From assembly GCA_937973635.1 (NCBI GenBank), contig CALJJZ010000044.1:72-64071 (forward strand): a stretch of DNA of 64,000 bases, in the 5' to 3' direction. Source of the DNA: an uncultured Bacillota bacterium. Lineage in GTDB: Bacteria; Bacillota; Dethiobacteria; DTU022; UBA8154. The notes beneath the pieces are model-generated. The model was not told the origin of the DNA. It searched no databases and saw only the letters and a list, made by a program, of their open reading frames with translations. Shown piece by piece: positions 36,194 to 46,039 of the stretch; the first letter of the stretch is position 1, and the number at the start of each line of letters is the position of its first letter. The translations under genes and the position numbers were made by a program.

Positions 36194-37453
36194 ATGCGCT
36201 GTGAAATTATTGCCGTAGGTACAGAACTGCTCATGGGGCAGATCGTCAACACCAACGGGGCCGAAATAGCCCGGGAACTTGCCGGCCTGGGGGTCGGCGT
36301 TTATTACCAGACTATGGTGGGGGACAACGGCGAGCGGCTGGCCGAGGTTTTCTCCATAGCCCTCAAGCGGGCGGATCTGGTTATTTTATGCGGGGGCCTT
36401 GGCCCTACGAACGACGATCTTACGCGGGAAACGGTGGCCCATGTTCTGGGGTTGCCGCTGGAGCAGAACGAGTTCTGGGTGGAAAAGCTGCACGAGTTCT
36501 TTGGCCGCTTCGGCCGTCCTGTTATCCCCTCGAACCTGCGCCAGGCCATGCTGCCGCAGGGAGCTAAGCTTTTGCCCAATGACCGCGGCACTGCCCCGGG
36601 CATTTATCTGGAGCATGGACAGAATATTATTGTGCTCTTGCCGGGCCCTCCGGGGGAGCTGCTTCCCATGTTCCGTGCCCAGGTACTCCCCCTGCTCCGT
36701 GAACGCCTGGCGCAGGAGGACAACCTGGCTGTGCTTCAATCGAAGATCTTGCGCATTAGCGGCCTGGGCGAATCGGTTGTGGCCGAACGCCTCAAGGACG
36801 TGCTGGAGAAACAGCATAACCCCACCATTGCGCCCCTGGCCAGGGGAGGTCTGGAGGTACACCTGCGCCTTACGGCCCGTGCGGCAAGCCCGGCAGAAGC
36901 GGCCAGGCTGCTGGAGGAGAAGGCAGAAGAGATCCGCTGTATCCTCGGCGATTATATTTATGGCGAAGACGCGGAAGGGTTGGAGTACAGCGTGGCCCGC
37001 CTGCTCTGGCAAAAGAAACTGACCATCGCCGTAGCCGAATCCTGCAGCGGCGGCCTGCTCAGCCACCGCCTTACTGCTGTCCCTGGCAGCTCCCTTTATC
37101 TGATGGCCGGGTTGGTGACCTACAGCAATGAGGCCAAAATAGATCTGCTTGGCGTTGATCCGCAGCTGATCGCCCGGCATGGGGCCGTGAGCAGGGAAGT
37201 GGCTTTGCAGATGGCTACCGGGGCACGCCGTACAGGCAAGGCCCATATCGGCATGGGCATTACTGGGATAGCAGGCCCTGACGGAGGCACGGCGGAGAAG
37301 CCGGTAGGCCTTACCTATATCGCCCTTGCAGCCGACGGCAGGGAATATTGCCGTGAGCTGAATTTCTGGGGCAGCCGCGGGGAAATTAAGGAACGGGCCG
37401 CCCAAACGGCCCTGCACCTGCTGCGCCTTTTCCTGCTGGGGAAATTGTCGTAA
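36194..37453 (+). CDS. cinA: CinA (competence/damage-inducible protein; MocF + PncC NMN-amidohydrolase domains)
   Basis: MRCEIIAVGTELLMGQIVNTN N-terminus and C-terminal CinA domain (ESCSGGLLS...ITGIAGP). Confidence 0.85.
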   Translation: MRCEIIAVGTELLMGQIVNTNGAEIARELAGLGVGVYYQTMVGDNGERLAEVFSIALKRADLVILCGGLGPTNDDLTRETVAHVLGLPLEQNEFWVEKLHEFFGRFGRPVIPSNLRQAMLPQGAKLLPNDRGTAPGIYLEHGQNIIVLLPGPPGELLPMFRAQVLPLLRERLAQEDNLAVLQSKILRISGLGESVVAERLKDVLEKQHNPTIAPLARGGLEVHLRLTARAASPAEAARLLEEKAEEIRCILGDYIYGEDAEGLEYSVARLLWQKKLTIAVAESCSGGLLSHRLTAVPGSSLYLMAGLVTYSNEAKIDLLGVDPQLIARHGAVSREVALQMATGARRTGKAHIGMGITGIAGPDGGTAEKPVGLTYIALAADGREYCRELNFWGSRGEIKERAAQTALHLLRLFLLGKLS

Positions 37454-37618
37454 AAAAATAACAGGCCAGGCAGGAAAAAGGGCGGCGGGGCAGAATTTAT
37501 AATATGGCTGTGCCACTGTGTGGCCGTTGGAGGAGCAGGACCCCCTCAGGGGGTTTTAATAGAGTTATGCTGGGCAGCTAGCGGTTTCTTGTAGGAGGTA
37601 AATTTTTAGACAAGAGGA

Positions 37619-39712
37619 GTGAAAGGCATGACAAAGAGTAACGGCCAGTTGAAAGAAGGAGCCGGGGGGTTGCCTCCATGCCAGGTAGCCTGTCCCATCC
37701 ACCAGGAGGTAAGGGAATACCTGCGCTTTATTGCCACCGGTGATTTTGATCGTTCCCTGGAGGTAATTAAGCGGACCAGTCCCCTTTCTGCAGTGTGCGG
37801 CACGATCTGCGCCCACCACTGTGAGGACGAATGTCGCCGTCAGAATGTGGATGAGCCCCTCTCTATCCGCGGCTTAAAGAGGTCTGCCGTGGATTTTGGC
37901 AGCGCTGATTTTCCGGCACCTGTTCCCGTAGATGAAGGGAAAAAAGTGGCCATTATCGGTTCCGGCCCCGCGGGCATGACTGCCGCCTTTGACCTGGCTC
38001 TGCAGGGCTGCCGCGTCACCATTTTTGAGCGGGAGAAGGATTTTGGAGGCGCCCCGCGCAACTTTATTCCTCTTTACCGCCTTCCCGATGAAACCATTGA
38101 TCTGGATGTGGAGAATTTAAAGAAGCTCGGCGTGGAGTTTAGAGGCGGCGTGGAGTTTGGCAGCGATATTATGCCCGACGACCTGCGCAAAGAGGGTTAT
38201 AAGGCGATCCTGATCGCCGTGGGCCTGACTGCAAGCCGCGGCCTGCCGCTGCCGGGGGCGGACCATCAGGATGTATTGATGGCCCTTAATTTCCTCCGTG
38301 CCTCCAAAAGGGAGAATTTCCGCCTGGACGGAAGGGAAGTAATTGTTATTGGCGGCGGCAACGTGGCCATGGACGTAGCTCGTTCGGCGGTGCGTTGCGG
38401 CGCCGCCAAGGTGAGGCTGGCCTGCCTGGAGTCTGAAGCAGAGATGCCGGCTTTCTCCTGGGAGATTGAGGAGGCCAAAGAAGAAGGGGTAGAGATGAAC
38501 TGCTCCTGGGGGCCCACGGCGATCCGCGTAGAAAACGGCCGCATTACCGGCCTGGAGATGCATGAATGTACCTCTGTCTTTACCGACGGGCGCTTCAACC
38601 CCTGTTTTAACCCCGAGAACAAGAGCTTTATCCCCGGTGATACAGTCATCTTTGCCATCGGCCAGGCGCCTGACCTGAAAGCGGTAAGCAATGCCGGTAT
38701 CCCCCTTAACGAGCGTGGCCTCATGGAGTTTGACCCCTTCACTATGAAGACGCCGATACCAGACATTTTTGCCTGCGGCGAGATAGTAAACGGTCCAAGC
38801 ACCGCTGTTAAGGCTATGGCCCATGCCCGCGTGGCGGCCATGGCTATTTGCCATTATCTGGAAGGAAAGCCCTTTGTCGCCTCCATGGTGGAAGAGCAGG
38901 AAGCACTGCCCAAGCTGGCCGACGATGTGGCTGTGAAAGTAAAGAAGATCGCCCGGGCGGAGATCCCCCTCCTTACCCCGGAGGAGCGCTCTGCTAACTT
39001 TAAGCCGGTAGAAACGGGCTATACTATGGCTATGGCCGTCTGGGAGAGCCGCCGCTGTCTTGGCTGTGCCGCCGGTGCCGTACGCGTGGTGGAAAAATGC
39101 GCCGACTGCCTGACCTGCTTGCGTACCTGCCCCTACAACGTGCCTGTGGTCAGCGAGATGGGCGATCTCATGATCCGCGACCACCAGTGCCAGGCCTGCG
39201 GGCTTTGCCTTACGGTCTGCCCCAACCTTGCCATAGATTTCCGTACCCCGTATATTACGGAAGCGGAAGAGCGGCTGGAAGCTGTTGCCGGCGAGCTGGT
39301 GGCTTCACGCAATGGGAAGCCCCTGATTATGGTCCTTTCCTGCGCCCTCGGTGCTTACGCCCTGCCCGAGTTCCGCCAGGATTTCATGCAGCAGAAGCCG
39401 GCCAATGTGGGGGTAGTCCGTTTTCCCTGTATCTCCAAGATCGATACCACCCATATCCTCAAGGCTTTCCAGCTTGGTGTTGACAGCGTGGTGGTAGCGG
39501 GCTGCGCTTCTGACGAAGCCGATGACTGTCCTTTCCAGAAGACCATGTACTGGGCGGAGCAGCGCGTCAGCCGCGCAAAATCCCTGTTACAGGAAGCGGG
39601 TCTGGAAGGGGAACGGGTGGCCCTTTTAAGCTTTACCCCGGAACAGGTGGCGAACTTTAAAGAGGCCATTGCCGATACCCTGGTGCAGCTGGAAGGACTG
39701 GGACGGCGCTAG
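37619..39712 (+). CDS. GltD-like NAD(P)H:FAD oxidoreductase (N-terminal 2x[4Fe-4S]) fused to a 2x[4Fe-4S] ferredoxin and an MvhD/FlpD-like domain
   Basis: CQVACPIHQEV...CGTICAHHCEDECRR (GltD N-terminus), two dinucleotide-binding motifs (IIGSGPAGMTAA, VIGGGNVAMD), CPYNVP...CQACGLCLTVCP, then the MvhD pattern (VVRFPCISKID...VVAGCASDE..CPF). Confidence 0.8.
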   Translation: MKGMTKSNGQLKEGAGGLPPCQVACPIHQEVREYLRFIATGDFDRSLEVIKRTSPLSAVCGTICAHHCEDECRRQNVDEPLSIRGLKRSAVDFGSADFPAPVPVDEGKKVAIIGSGPAGMTAAFDLALQGCRVTIFEREKDFGGAPRNFIPLYRLPDETIDLDVENLKKLGVEFRGGVEFGSDIMPDDLRKEGYKAILIAVGLTASRGLPLPGADHQDVLMALNFLRASKRENFRLDGREVIVIGGGNVAMDVARSAVRCGAAKVRLACLESEAEMPAFSWEIEEAKEEGVEMNCSWGPTAIRVENGRITGLEMHECTSVFTDGRFNPCFNPENKSFIPGDTVIFAIGQAPDLKAVSNAGIPLNERGLMEFDPFTMKTPIPDIFACGEIVNGPSTAVKAMAHARVAAMAICHYLEGKPFVASMVEEQEALPKLADDVAVKVKKIARAEIPLLTPEERSANFKPVETGYTMAMAVWESRRCLGCAAGAVRVVEKCADCLTCLRTCPYNVPVVSEMGDLMIRDHQCQACGLCLTVCPNLAIDFRTPYITEAEERLEAVAGELVASRNGKPLIMVLSCALGAYALPEFRQDFMQQKPANVGVVRFPCISKIDTTHILKAFQLGVDSVVVAGCASDEADDCPFQKTMYWAEQRVSRAKSLLQEAGLEGERVALLSFTPEQVANFKEAIADTLVQLEGLGRR

Positions 39713-39762
39713 GCCAAAAAACCTTAAATAAAATTTAAAACCGAAGGACGAAAAGATAAGCC

Positions 39763-39813
39763 CCGAGGAGCCGGAAAAGGTTTTTTCCGGCGCCTCGGTT
39801 TTTTCTTTGCTCC
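39763..39813 (+). terminator. Strong rho-independent terminator (CCGAGGAGCCGGAAAAGG...CCGGCGCCTCGG + TTTTTT)
   Basis: About 16-bp stem and a T6 run after the GltD-MvhD gene. Confidence 0.8.
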
Positions 39814-39902
39814 CCTTAATCTTCATGCCTTTTTGTGCTAAGATTGATCTGCAGTAATATTTGGGCGCAGAAGCTTGCCCTGGCTAAAGGGGCCTACGCA
39901 AA

Positions 39903-40613
39903 GTGACGGCAAACTTAAACATCTTTATAGCTTTTATAGCAGGGCTCCTTTCTTTTTTTTCTCCCTGTGTTTTGCCGCTGCTGCCGGCATACCTGGGAGC
40001 TCTGGGTGCTCTGGCCTTTCCGGGGAGCAAAGGGGCCGGGGAGGAGAGGCCGAACCGCAGCAGGGTTAAGCTCCTGGCCTTGGCTTTTATTTGCGGTTTT
40101 GCCCTGGTTTTTATGGCCATGGGATTGGCAGCGGGGCTGCTGGGCAGTATGTTGCTGGCCCACCGGGAATTAATTTACCGCGCAGGAGGGATCATGATTA
40201 TCCTCTTTGCCCTTGTCCAGCTGGAACTGCTGCAGATTCCCCTCCTGCAAAGCAGCTGGCATGTCGTTTCTCGTGCTCCTGCAGCAGGTGGCTTCGTAGG
40301 TGCTTTGCTCATGGGGGCTGTTTTTTCTGCAGGCTGGAGTCCCTGCGTGGGACCGGTGCTGGGTGCGATCCTCCTTTTGGCCCTGACTGCTGCCACCCCC
40401 CTGCAGGCTGCTTTCTACCTTGCTGCTTATACGTTGGGTATGGCCGCCCCTTTCTTTCTTGTAGCCCTTTTTCTGGAAACATTTATGCTGAAACGGGGCA
40501 GGATAAACCGTTACCTGCCTCTCCTTGCCCGCTGCAGCGGTATCTTGCTGCTTATTCTGGGAGTTTTACTGGCAAGCGGCCTCTTTCAGCAATTCACGGC
40601 CATACTCATCTAA
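39903..40613 (+). CDS. ccdA: Cytochrome c biogenesis / thiol-disulfide electron-transfer membrane protein CcdA (DsbD TM domain)
   Basis: Six TMs with the conserved SPC...SPC motifs (FFSPCVLPLLPAYL and GWSPCVGPVLGAIL). Confidence 0.8.
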   Translation: MTANLNIFIAFIAGLLSFFSPCVLPLLPAYLGALGALAFPGSKGAGEERPNRSRVKLLALAFICGFALVFMAMGLAAGLLGSMLLAHRELIYRAGGIMIILFALVQLELLQIPLLQSSWHVVSRAPAAGGFVGALLMGAVFSAGWSPCVGPVLGAILLLALTAATPLQAAFYLAAYTLGMAAPFFLVALFLETFMLKRGRINRYLPLLARCSGILLLILGVLLASGLFQQFTAILI

Positions 40614-40677
40614 ACCTTATTTTTAATGCAATCTAGAGCGCTGTAAATTTTAGTTGAAGGGAGAGGAGGTCGTTTTT

Positions 40678-41247
40678 TTGAAGAACAAGCTGTTGTCCTG
40701 CTTGCTGCCCTTTATCCTGTTCCTTGCCTTTGCCGGCATGGTGCTCTTAAGTGGCTGTGCCCCGGGAAATGTCCCTGAGGAAATAGGGGAGACGCCCCCG
40801 GGCGGTGCAGAGCTGGTGGTTGAAGCTCCTCGTCTAGGTTACCGCGCGCCGGCTTTTAGTTTATCTGATTTAGAGGGTAAGGAGCACAGCCTGGATGATT
40901 ATGCCGGTCAAGCGTTGATCCTCAATTTCTGGACTACCTGGTGCCGCTTTTGCGTGCAGGAGCTGCCTTATCTGCAGGAGCTCCATGCTTCTTCTGCAGA
41001 TGTAACCGTGCTGGCAGTTAACGTGCAGGAGAAAAAAGACCTGGTGGCAAATTTTATCCACACTGCCGGTTATACCTTCACTGTCCTTTTAGACGAGGGG
41101 GCTGCCGTAGCCGGGACTTATCTGGTACGGGGTTTGCCCACCACTTTTGCCGTAAATGCTGAAGGGATCATCACGGCTGTGCACGTCGGTTCCTTTGATG
41201 CCCCAGGCCTGGCAGAGCTGCTTAAAAGTACAGGGGTGCAGCCATAA
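40678..41247 (+). CDS. Thioredoxin-fold thiol-disulfide oxidoreductase (ResA/TlpA-like), membrane-anchored
   Basis: Signal/anchor, then ALILNFWTTWCRFC (CxxC) redoxin domain. RBS GGAGAGGAGG before a TTG start. Confidence 0.8.
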   Translation: MKNKLLSCLLPFILFLAFAGMVLLSGCAPGNVPEEIGETPPGGAELVVEAPRLGYRAPAFSLSDLEGKEHSLDDYAGQALILNFWTTWCRFCVQELPYLQELHASSADVTVLAVNVQEKKDLVANFIHTAGYTFTVLLDEGAAVAGTYLVRGLPTTFAVNAEGIITAVHVGSFDAPGLAELLKSTGVQP

Positions 41248-41401
41248 AATACTTAAATTGTCTGCATAAAATATTTACGCCTTAACAGCTTGACAGGCGA
41301 ACCGGTCCATGGTTTAAACGTTCTAGGGGTAAGAAAGGGCCGGGAAAAGAACAGGAGCCTGTGCCGGCCCGAATTATATTAAAAAAAGAGGGGAAGAGCG
41401 T

Positions 41402-42373
41402 ATGGCAAAAAAAATGATTGGCAATATCCGCCCCAAAGGTAGCGTATTGGTTTGTTTTGCCCTCATATTATTGCTGGCTGCGGGTTTACTTTCCGGCTGC
41501 GCCTCCGGCTCCAGGAGCTATGAAGAGACAGATATGGCCTACAGCAAAGCGCTGCCGCCGTCAGCGCCCGCGCCGGCAGCAGCGCCGACTGTCCTGATGG
41601 CGGAGGGAGGCAATGTGGTATCCACTATACAGGATCTTCCGCCCGGTTCCCCGGGGTGGCGCCAGATCATCCAAAATGCCTATCTTTACCTGGAGATCCG
41701 CGATATTGACGAAACGGTGTCAGCTTTGCAGAACATCACAGACCAGGCGGGCGGTTATGTTGCCTCTCGCGAGATCTACAATTTAGGGGAAGACCGCCGT
41801 GCCGGAAATGTATCCTTGCGCGTGCCGGCAGACCGTTTTACCCCTTTAATCGGGGCAATTAAAGAACTGGGCAGGGTTAAAAACGAGCGTGTATACACAG
41901 ATGATGTTACCATGCAATATATCGACTTAGAAGCCCGCATCAACAACCTGGCGGCCCAGGAAAAGCGCCTGCGTGAGCTTTTGCAACGGGCTGAAAGCAT
42001 CGAAGATATTATGCAGGTAGAAAGGGAGTTGGGACGTATCAGGGGTGACCTGGAAGCCCTGGAGGGGAATTTTCGCTATCTGCGCGAGCGGGTGCAGTAC
42101 TCTACCATTGATCTCCAGCTGGAGGAAAGAGATCCCCGTACTCTGGTGGTGGACGATAAGTTTACCGGTTTTGGGGAAAGGCTGGCCAATCTGCTGGCTT
42201 TGAATACGAACCGTTTTCTCACAGGCTTGACGGGTTTTTTTATCGTAGCCATCGGTTCGTTGCCCATCGTGCTGCCCCTTTTACTTATCTTTTGGCTTCT
42301 CAGGAAAGCAGTGCTGGCAGTGGGCAGGCTTAAACAGAAAAAAAGGGAAGGGCAGAAGGACCTGGCTTCCTAA
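41402..42373 (+). CDS. Lipoprotein with central coiled coil and C-terminal TM anchor (DUF4349-like), unknown function
   Basis: Lipobox LLSGCAS, coiled-coil segment (NNLAAQEKRLRELLQRAESIEDIMQVERELGRIRGDLEALEGN), and C-terminal hydrophobic helix. Confidence 0.4.
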   Translation: MAKKMIGNIRPKGSVLVCFALILLLAAGLLSGCASGSRSYEETDMAYSKALPPSAPAPAAAPTVLMAEGGNVVSTIQDLPPGSPGWRQIIQNAYLYLEIRDIDETVSALQNITDQAGGYVASREIYNLGEDRRAGNVSLRVPADRFTPLIGAIKELGRVKNERVYTDDVTMQYIDLEARINNLAAQEKRLRELLQRAESIEDIMQVERELGRIRGDLEALEGNFRYLRERVQYSTIDLQLEERDPRTLVVDDKFTGFGERLANLLALNTNRFLTGLTGFFIVAIGSLPIVLPLLLIFWLLRKAVLAVGRLKQKKREGQKDLAS

Positions 42374-42489
42374 AGTCGAAAAAATATTAAAGATATTATT
42401 AAGGGCCAGGGGGGCGGGCTGTTCTGCCCGCTCCCCTGTTTTGAGAGCGGTTTTCTAACTAAAACTTAAAGGGGGCATAAAGGATTATT

Positions 42490-43720
42490 ACAAAAGAAAA
42501 ACAGTTTCCTTTTTTTATGGCTGGGTTATTGTGGCCCTGACCTTTTTTGCCCTCAGCTCTTTTGGCATCCGTATTTCCTTTGGCGCCTATTTTACCACCT
42601 GGGAAGGGGATTTTGCCATCGGCAGGACGGCTGTGGCCCTTATCTCTACCCTGGGGTGGGGGCCTCTTTTGCCCTCTTCCAGCCCGTTGTAGGGAAGCTG
42701 CTGGACCGTTATGGCACCCGGCCTGTCCTGGCCGGCAGCCTGTTTTTGATCGGTATAACCCTGCTGCTCTCCTCTGCGGCCTCCCAATTCTGGCAGCTGC
42801 TCTTCCTTTTGGGGATAGTTTCCTCCATGGGGTTTGCAGGGGCATCAGTCGTTACGGCAACTTCTGTGGTAGCCCGCTGGTTCGTGGAAAAAAAGGGGCC
42901 TAGTGCTCGGTTTCATTACTTCGGGCATGGCTGTGAGCCATCTGCTAATAGTCCCCCTGACAATCTACCTCATCGCTGTTTATGATTGGCGTATGGCCCT
43001 GCAGATGCTGGGTCTGGGGATGGCCTTTTTCCTTGCGCCCCTTTGTTTTGTCTTTATCCGTTCCAGACCGGAAGAGCTGGGCTTACGCCCTTACGGGGAG
43101 GCTAAGACCAGCGAACCGGGCAGTTCCGGACAACCTCCCGGTAGCCGCCCCGAAGGGGACAAGGGAGTGGCCTTTTTAAAAGAGCGTATTTTCTGGCAGT
43201 TAACCCTCCCCTATTTTTTTGCGGTTTTACCGATGTCGGCCTGATCGGTTCCCATTTTATTCCTTTTGCCCAGGGGAGGGGATTCGCCCTCGGCATTGTG
43301 GCCCTTGCCATCAGCGTTGTTGCCGCATTGAATATTGCCGGCTCCATCGGCACGGGTTATTTGTCGGACCGGCTTGACCGCAGCAAACTGCTGGCGGCAA
43401 TTTATGCCATACGTGGCTTTACCTTTATTTTGCTGTTGATGGCCCGGACGCCTTTTTTGTTGCTGCTATTTGCCGTTGTTTACGGTGCCACGGAGATGGC
43501 ATCCGCCTACCAGCTCTTTGTGTGTGCATTATTTCCGGGAAAATGTGGGCACCATTTTTTGCCTTTATTACAGTGAGCCACCACCTGGGTGCGGCAGCAG
43601 GTTCCTTTTTCGCCGGGCTTTCCTTTGAAATTAACGGGGTCATATTATTTTATCCTCGTCCTCTCTGTATTTATGCTCTGGGGCAGCGCTTTGGCCGTGG
43701 CCCGGATCAGGGACAGGCGG
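42490..43720 (+). pseudogene. MFS transporter (oxalate/formate-antiporter-like) disrupted by at least four frameshifts
   Basis: Five consecutive ORF fragments in alternating frames (42547-42903, 42656-42985, 42903-43244, 43298-43576, 43522-43836) together read as one 12-TM MFS protein. The frame changes coincide with homopolymer runs (T7, A8). Confidence 0.65.
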
Positions 43721-43828
43721 GCTGTTTTTTACGCCAACTTAAAAATATGCCATTGACAGCCGCAGGGCCTCATGGTCATAATAAAAGTGCTTTGTTGATA
43801 AATATTCTGTTAAAAGGCGGTAACCAGT

Positions 43829-45799
43829 ATGGATAATTTAAAAAAGACGGCAGAGGGTTTTAATGCCGGTTTGCTGAAAACGGTAACGGGCAAGATCCTG
43901 GCAGCCCACCTGGTGAAGGGTGTTTTGCAACAGGGCAAAGAAATCGGTATTCGGATTGACCAGACGCTGACGCAGGACGCCACCGGCACAGTGGCTTACC
44001 TGGAGATGGAGGCGCTGGGCATAAAACGGGCCGCTACTGAGCTGTCGGTGAGCTATATTGACCATAATACGCTAAAAGTAGACCATAAAAATGCCGACGA
44101 CCATGTTTACCTGCAAAGTGTAGCTGCCAGATATGGTCTGGTCCTCTCCAAAGCGGGTAACGGGATCTGCCACCAGGTCCATCTGGAGCGCTATGCCCGT
44201 CCGGGGAAGACGCTCCTTGGTTCGGACAGCCATACGCCTACAGCCGGAGGTATTGGCAGCCTGGCCATCGGTGCCGGCGGCCTTGACGTGGCCTTGGCCA
44301 TCGGCGGCGAGCCTTTCTTCCTGAAATGCCCGCAGGTCGTGGGGGTTAAACTGACGGGCAGGCTTCGACCTATGGTGGCGGCGAAGGATGTTATTCTGGC
44401 GGTGCTGCAAAGGCTGGGGGTCAAAGGCGGCGTAGGCAAAGTGCTGGAATATTTTGGTCCCGGTGTAAAGACTCTGACTGTCCCGGAAAGGGCTACTATT
44501 ACCAATATGGGGGCGGAGACCGGCGCTACTACTTCCCTTTTCCCTTCCGACGAGGTAACGCGAGAATTTATGCGTTGTGTCGGGCGGGAGCATGAATGGG
44601 TACGCCTGGAGGCGGACGAAGATGCCAGGTATGATGAAGTTATGCAGATAAATTTAAGCAAGCTCGTCCCCCTTATTGCCAGGCCCCACAGCCCCGGCGA
44701 TGTAGTGGCGGTAGAGGATGTGGCGGGAATAAAGGTTGACCAGGTCTGTATCGGTTCCTGCACGAATTCGTCTTATAAAGACTTGATGACGGCGGCGTAC
44801 ATGCTCAAAGGGAAAAGGGTTAATCCAGAGGTCTCTTTGACCGTTTCTCCCGGTTCTTTATCCGTCTATTATGCCCTGGCGGAAAACGGCGGCCTGGCCG
44901 ATCTCATTGCTGCCGGGGCCCGGATCCTGGAGTGTACGTGCGGCCCCTGTATCGGCCAGGGGCAGGCGCCGCGCAGCGGCGCGGTCAGTGTCCGGACATT
45001 TAACCGGAACTTTGAAGGGCGTTCTGGGACCGCCGATGCAAAGGTTTATCTCGCCAGCGTGGAGACGGCGGTGAGCAGCGCTCTGCGCGGCGAAATCACC
45101 GATCCCCGCACCATGGGGGAACTGCGCGAAATTACAATGCCGGAGCGGCTTACGCTGCAAAACGCCCTGATCGTGGAACCGCCGGAGGAGGAAGAAGCAC
45201 TGACAGTGGAGCTAGTCCGTGCTCCCCATATCAAACCCATCGAGCTGCGCGGCGAGCTTGAAGAAAAGGTGACGGGGACAGTCCTGATCAAACTGGAGGA
45301 CAATATCTCTACGGATATTATTATGCCTGCAGGCATTTATCTGGCTTTACGTTCCAACATCCCGGAGTATGCCAGGCATGTATTTGAGCCCGTGGATCCG
45401 GAATTTTACCGGAGAGCGGTGGAAAAAAAAGGCGGTTTTGTCATTGCCGGAGAGAATTACGGCCAGGGCAGTTCCCGGGAACATGCGGCTTTATGCCCTG
45501 CCTACCTTGGAGTTAAAGCTGTTATTGCCAAATCCTTTGCCCGTATCCACCTGGCCAACTTGATCAATTTCGGCATTGTCCCCCTTGTTTTTAGCGATGC
45601 CGGGGACTACGACAGGATTGAACCCGATGACCTGCTGGAATTCGCGGCAGCCGATCTGGACCGCCGTAAGCTGGTTGTAAAAAACCTGACCAGAGGGATA
45701 GAAATACCTGTGGAGCATAGCATGATGGAGGCGGAGCTTGAACGCATCAAGGCCGGCGGCAGCCTGGCTTATATCAGCAAAAACAATGCCAGGAAGTAG
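43829..45799 (+). CDS. Aconitate hydratase (about 650-aa aconitase-family enzyme)
   Basis: Fe-S ligand cysteines (CIGSCTNSS, CGPCIGQG), SDSHT motif, and C-terminal swivel domain (GENYGQGSSREHAAL). Confidence 0.85.
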   Translation: MDNLKKTAEGFNAGLLKTVTGKILAAHLVKGVLQQGKEIGIRIDQTLTQDATGTVAYLEMEALGIKRAATELSVSYIDHNTLKVDHKNADDHVYLQSVAARYGLVLSKAGNGICHQVHLERYARPGKTLLGSDSHTPTAGGIGSLAIGAGGLDVALAIGGEPFFLKCPQVVGVKLTGRLRPMVAAKDVILAVLQRLGVKGGVGKVLEYFGPGVKTLTVPERATITNMGAETGATTSLFPSDEVTREFMRCVGREHEWVRLEADEDARYDEVMQINLSKLVPLIARPHSPGDVVAVEDVAGIKVDQVCIGSCTNSSYKDLMTAAYMLKGKRVNPEVSLTVSPGSLSVYYALAENGGLADLIAAGARILECTCGPCIGQGQAPRSGAVSVRTFNRNFEGRSGTADAKVYLASVETAVSSALRGEITDPRTMGELREITMPERLTLQNALIVEPPEEEEALTVELVRAPHIKPIELRGELEEKVTGTVLIKLEDNISTDIIMPAGIYLALRSNIPEYARHVFEPVDPEFYRRAVEKKGGFVIAGENYGQGSSREHAALCPAYLGVKAVIAKSFARIHLANLINFGIVPLVFSDAGDYDRIEPDDLLEFAAADLDRRKLVVKNLTRGIEIPVEHSMMEAELERIKAGGSLAYISKNNARK

Positions 45800-45825
45800 C
45801 TCCCTGGTCAGCTTAAAACCAAAAG

Positions 45826-45862
45826 GCCCGGGGCAAATTGTTTTTTGCTGCCGGGTTTTTTT
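45826..45862 (+). terminator. Rho-independent terminator after the aconitase gene
   Basis: CCCGGGGCAA...TTGCTGCCGGG hairpin followed by TTTTTTT. Confidence 0.7.
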
Positions 45863-46039
45863 ACTTGTTTGCTTGATTGCTCTGTAAAGGGGAAAGTTGA
45901 CTTGGCTTATAATATTGATTATCTTTAAGCAAAACAGATCCCCGAATATCTCCTGCCGGGTAGAAGTTATCTGGTAAAATGCAGATTTTACAACGGTGGG
46001 TAATATGCTATATTCTTTTTGTAGGCAGGTGCAAAATTA

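Noticed and set aside
36386-37516. 376-aa minus-strand ORF (and 38117..39184, 355 aa)
   Set aside because: Antisense to cinA and to the GltD-MvhD gene respectively. Composition is Arg/Ala/Gly/Pro-rich, typical of antisense frames in high-GC DNA.
41248-41401. GGGCCGG...CCGGCCC hairpin between resA-like and the DUF4349-like gene as a terminator
   Set aside because: Loop is 19 nt and no U-run follows. Not convincing as an intrinsic terminator.
43829-45799. Aconitase as part of the glutamate-related gene set
   Set aside because: Separated from the gdh/redox block by several unrelated genes and a pseudogene, with its own terminator. Treated as ordinary TCA-branch housekeeping.
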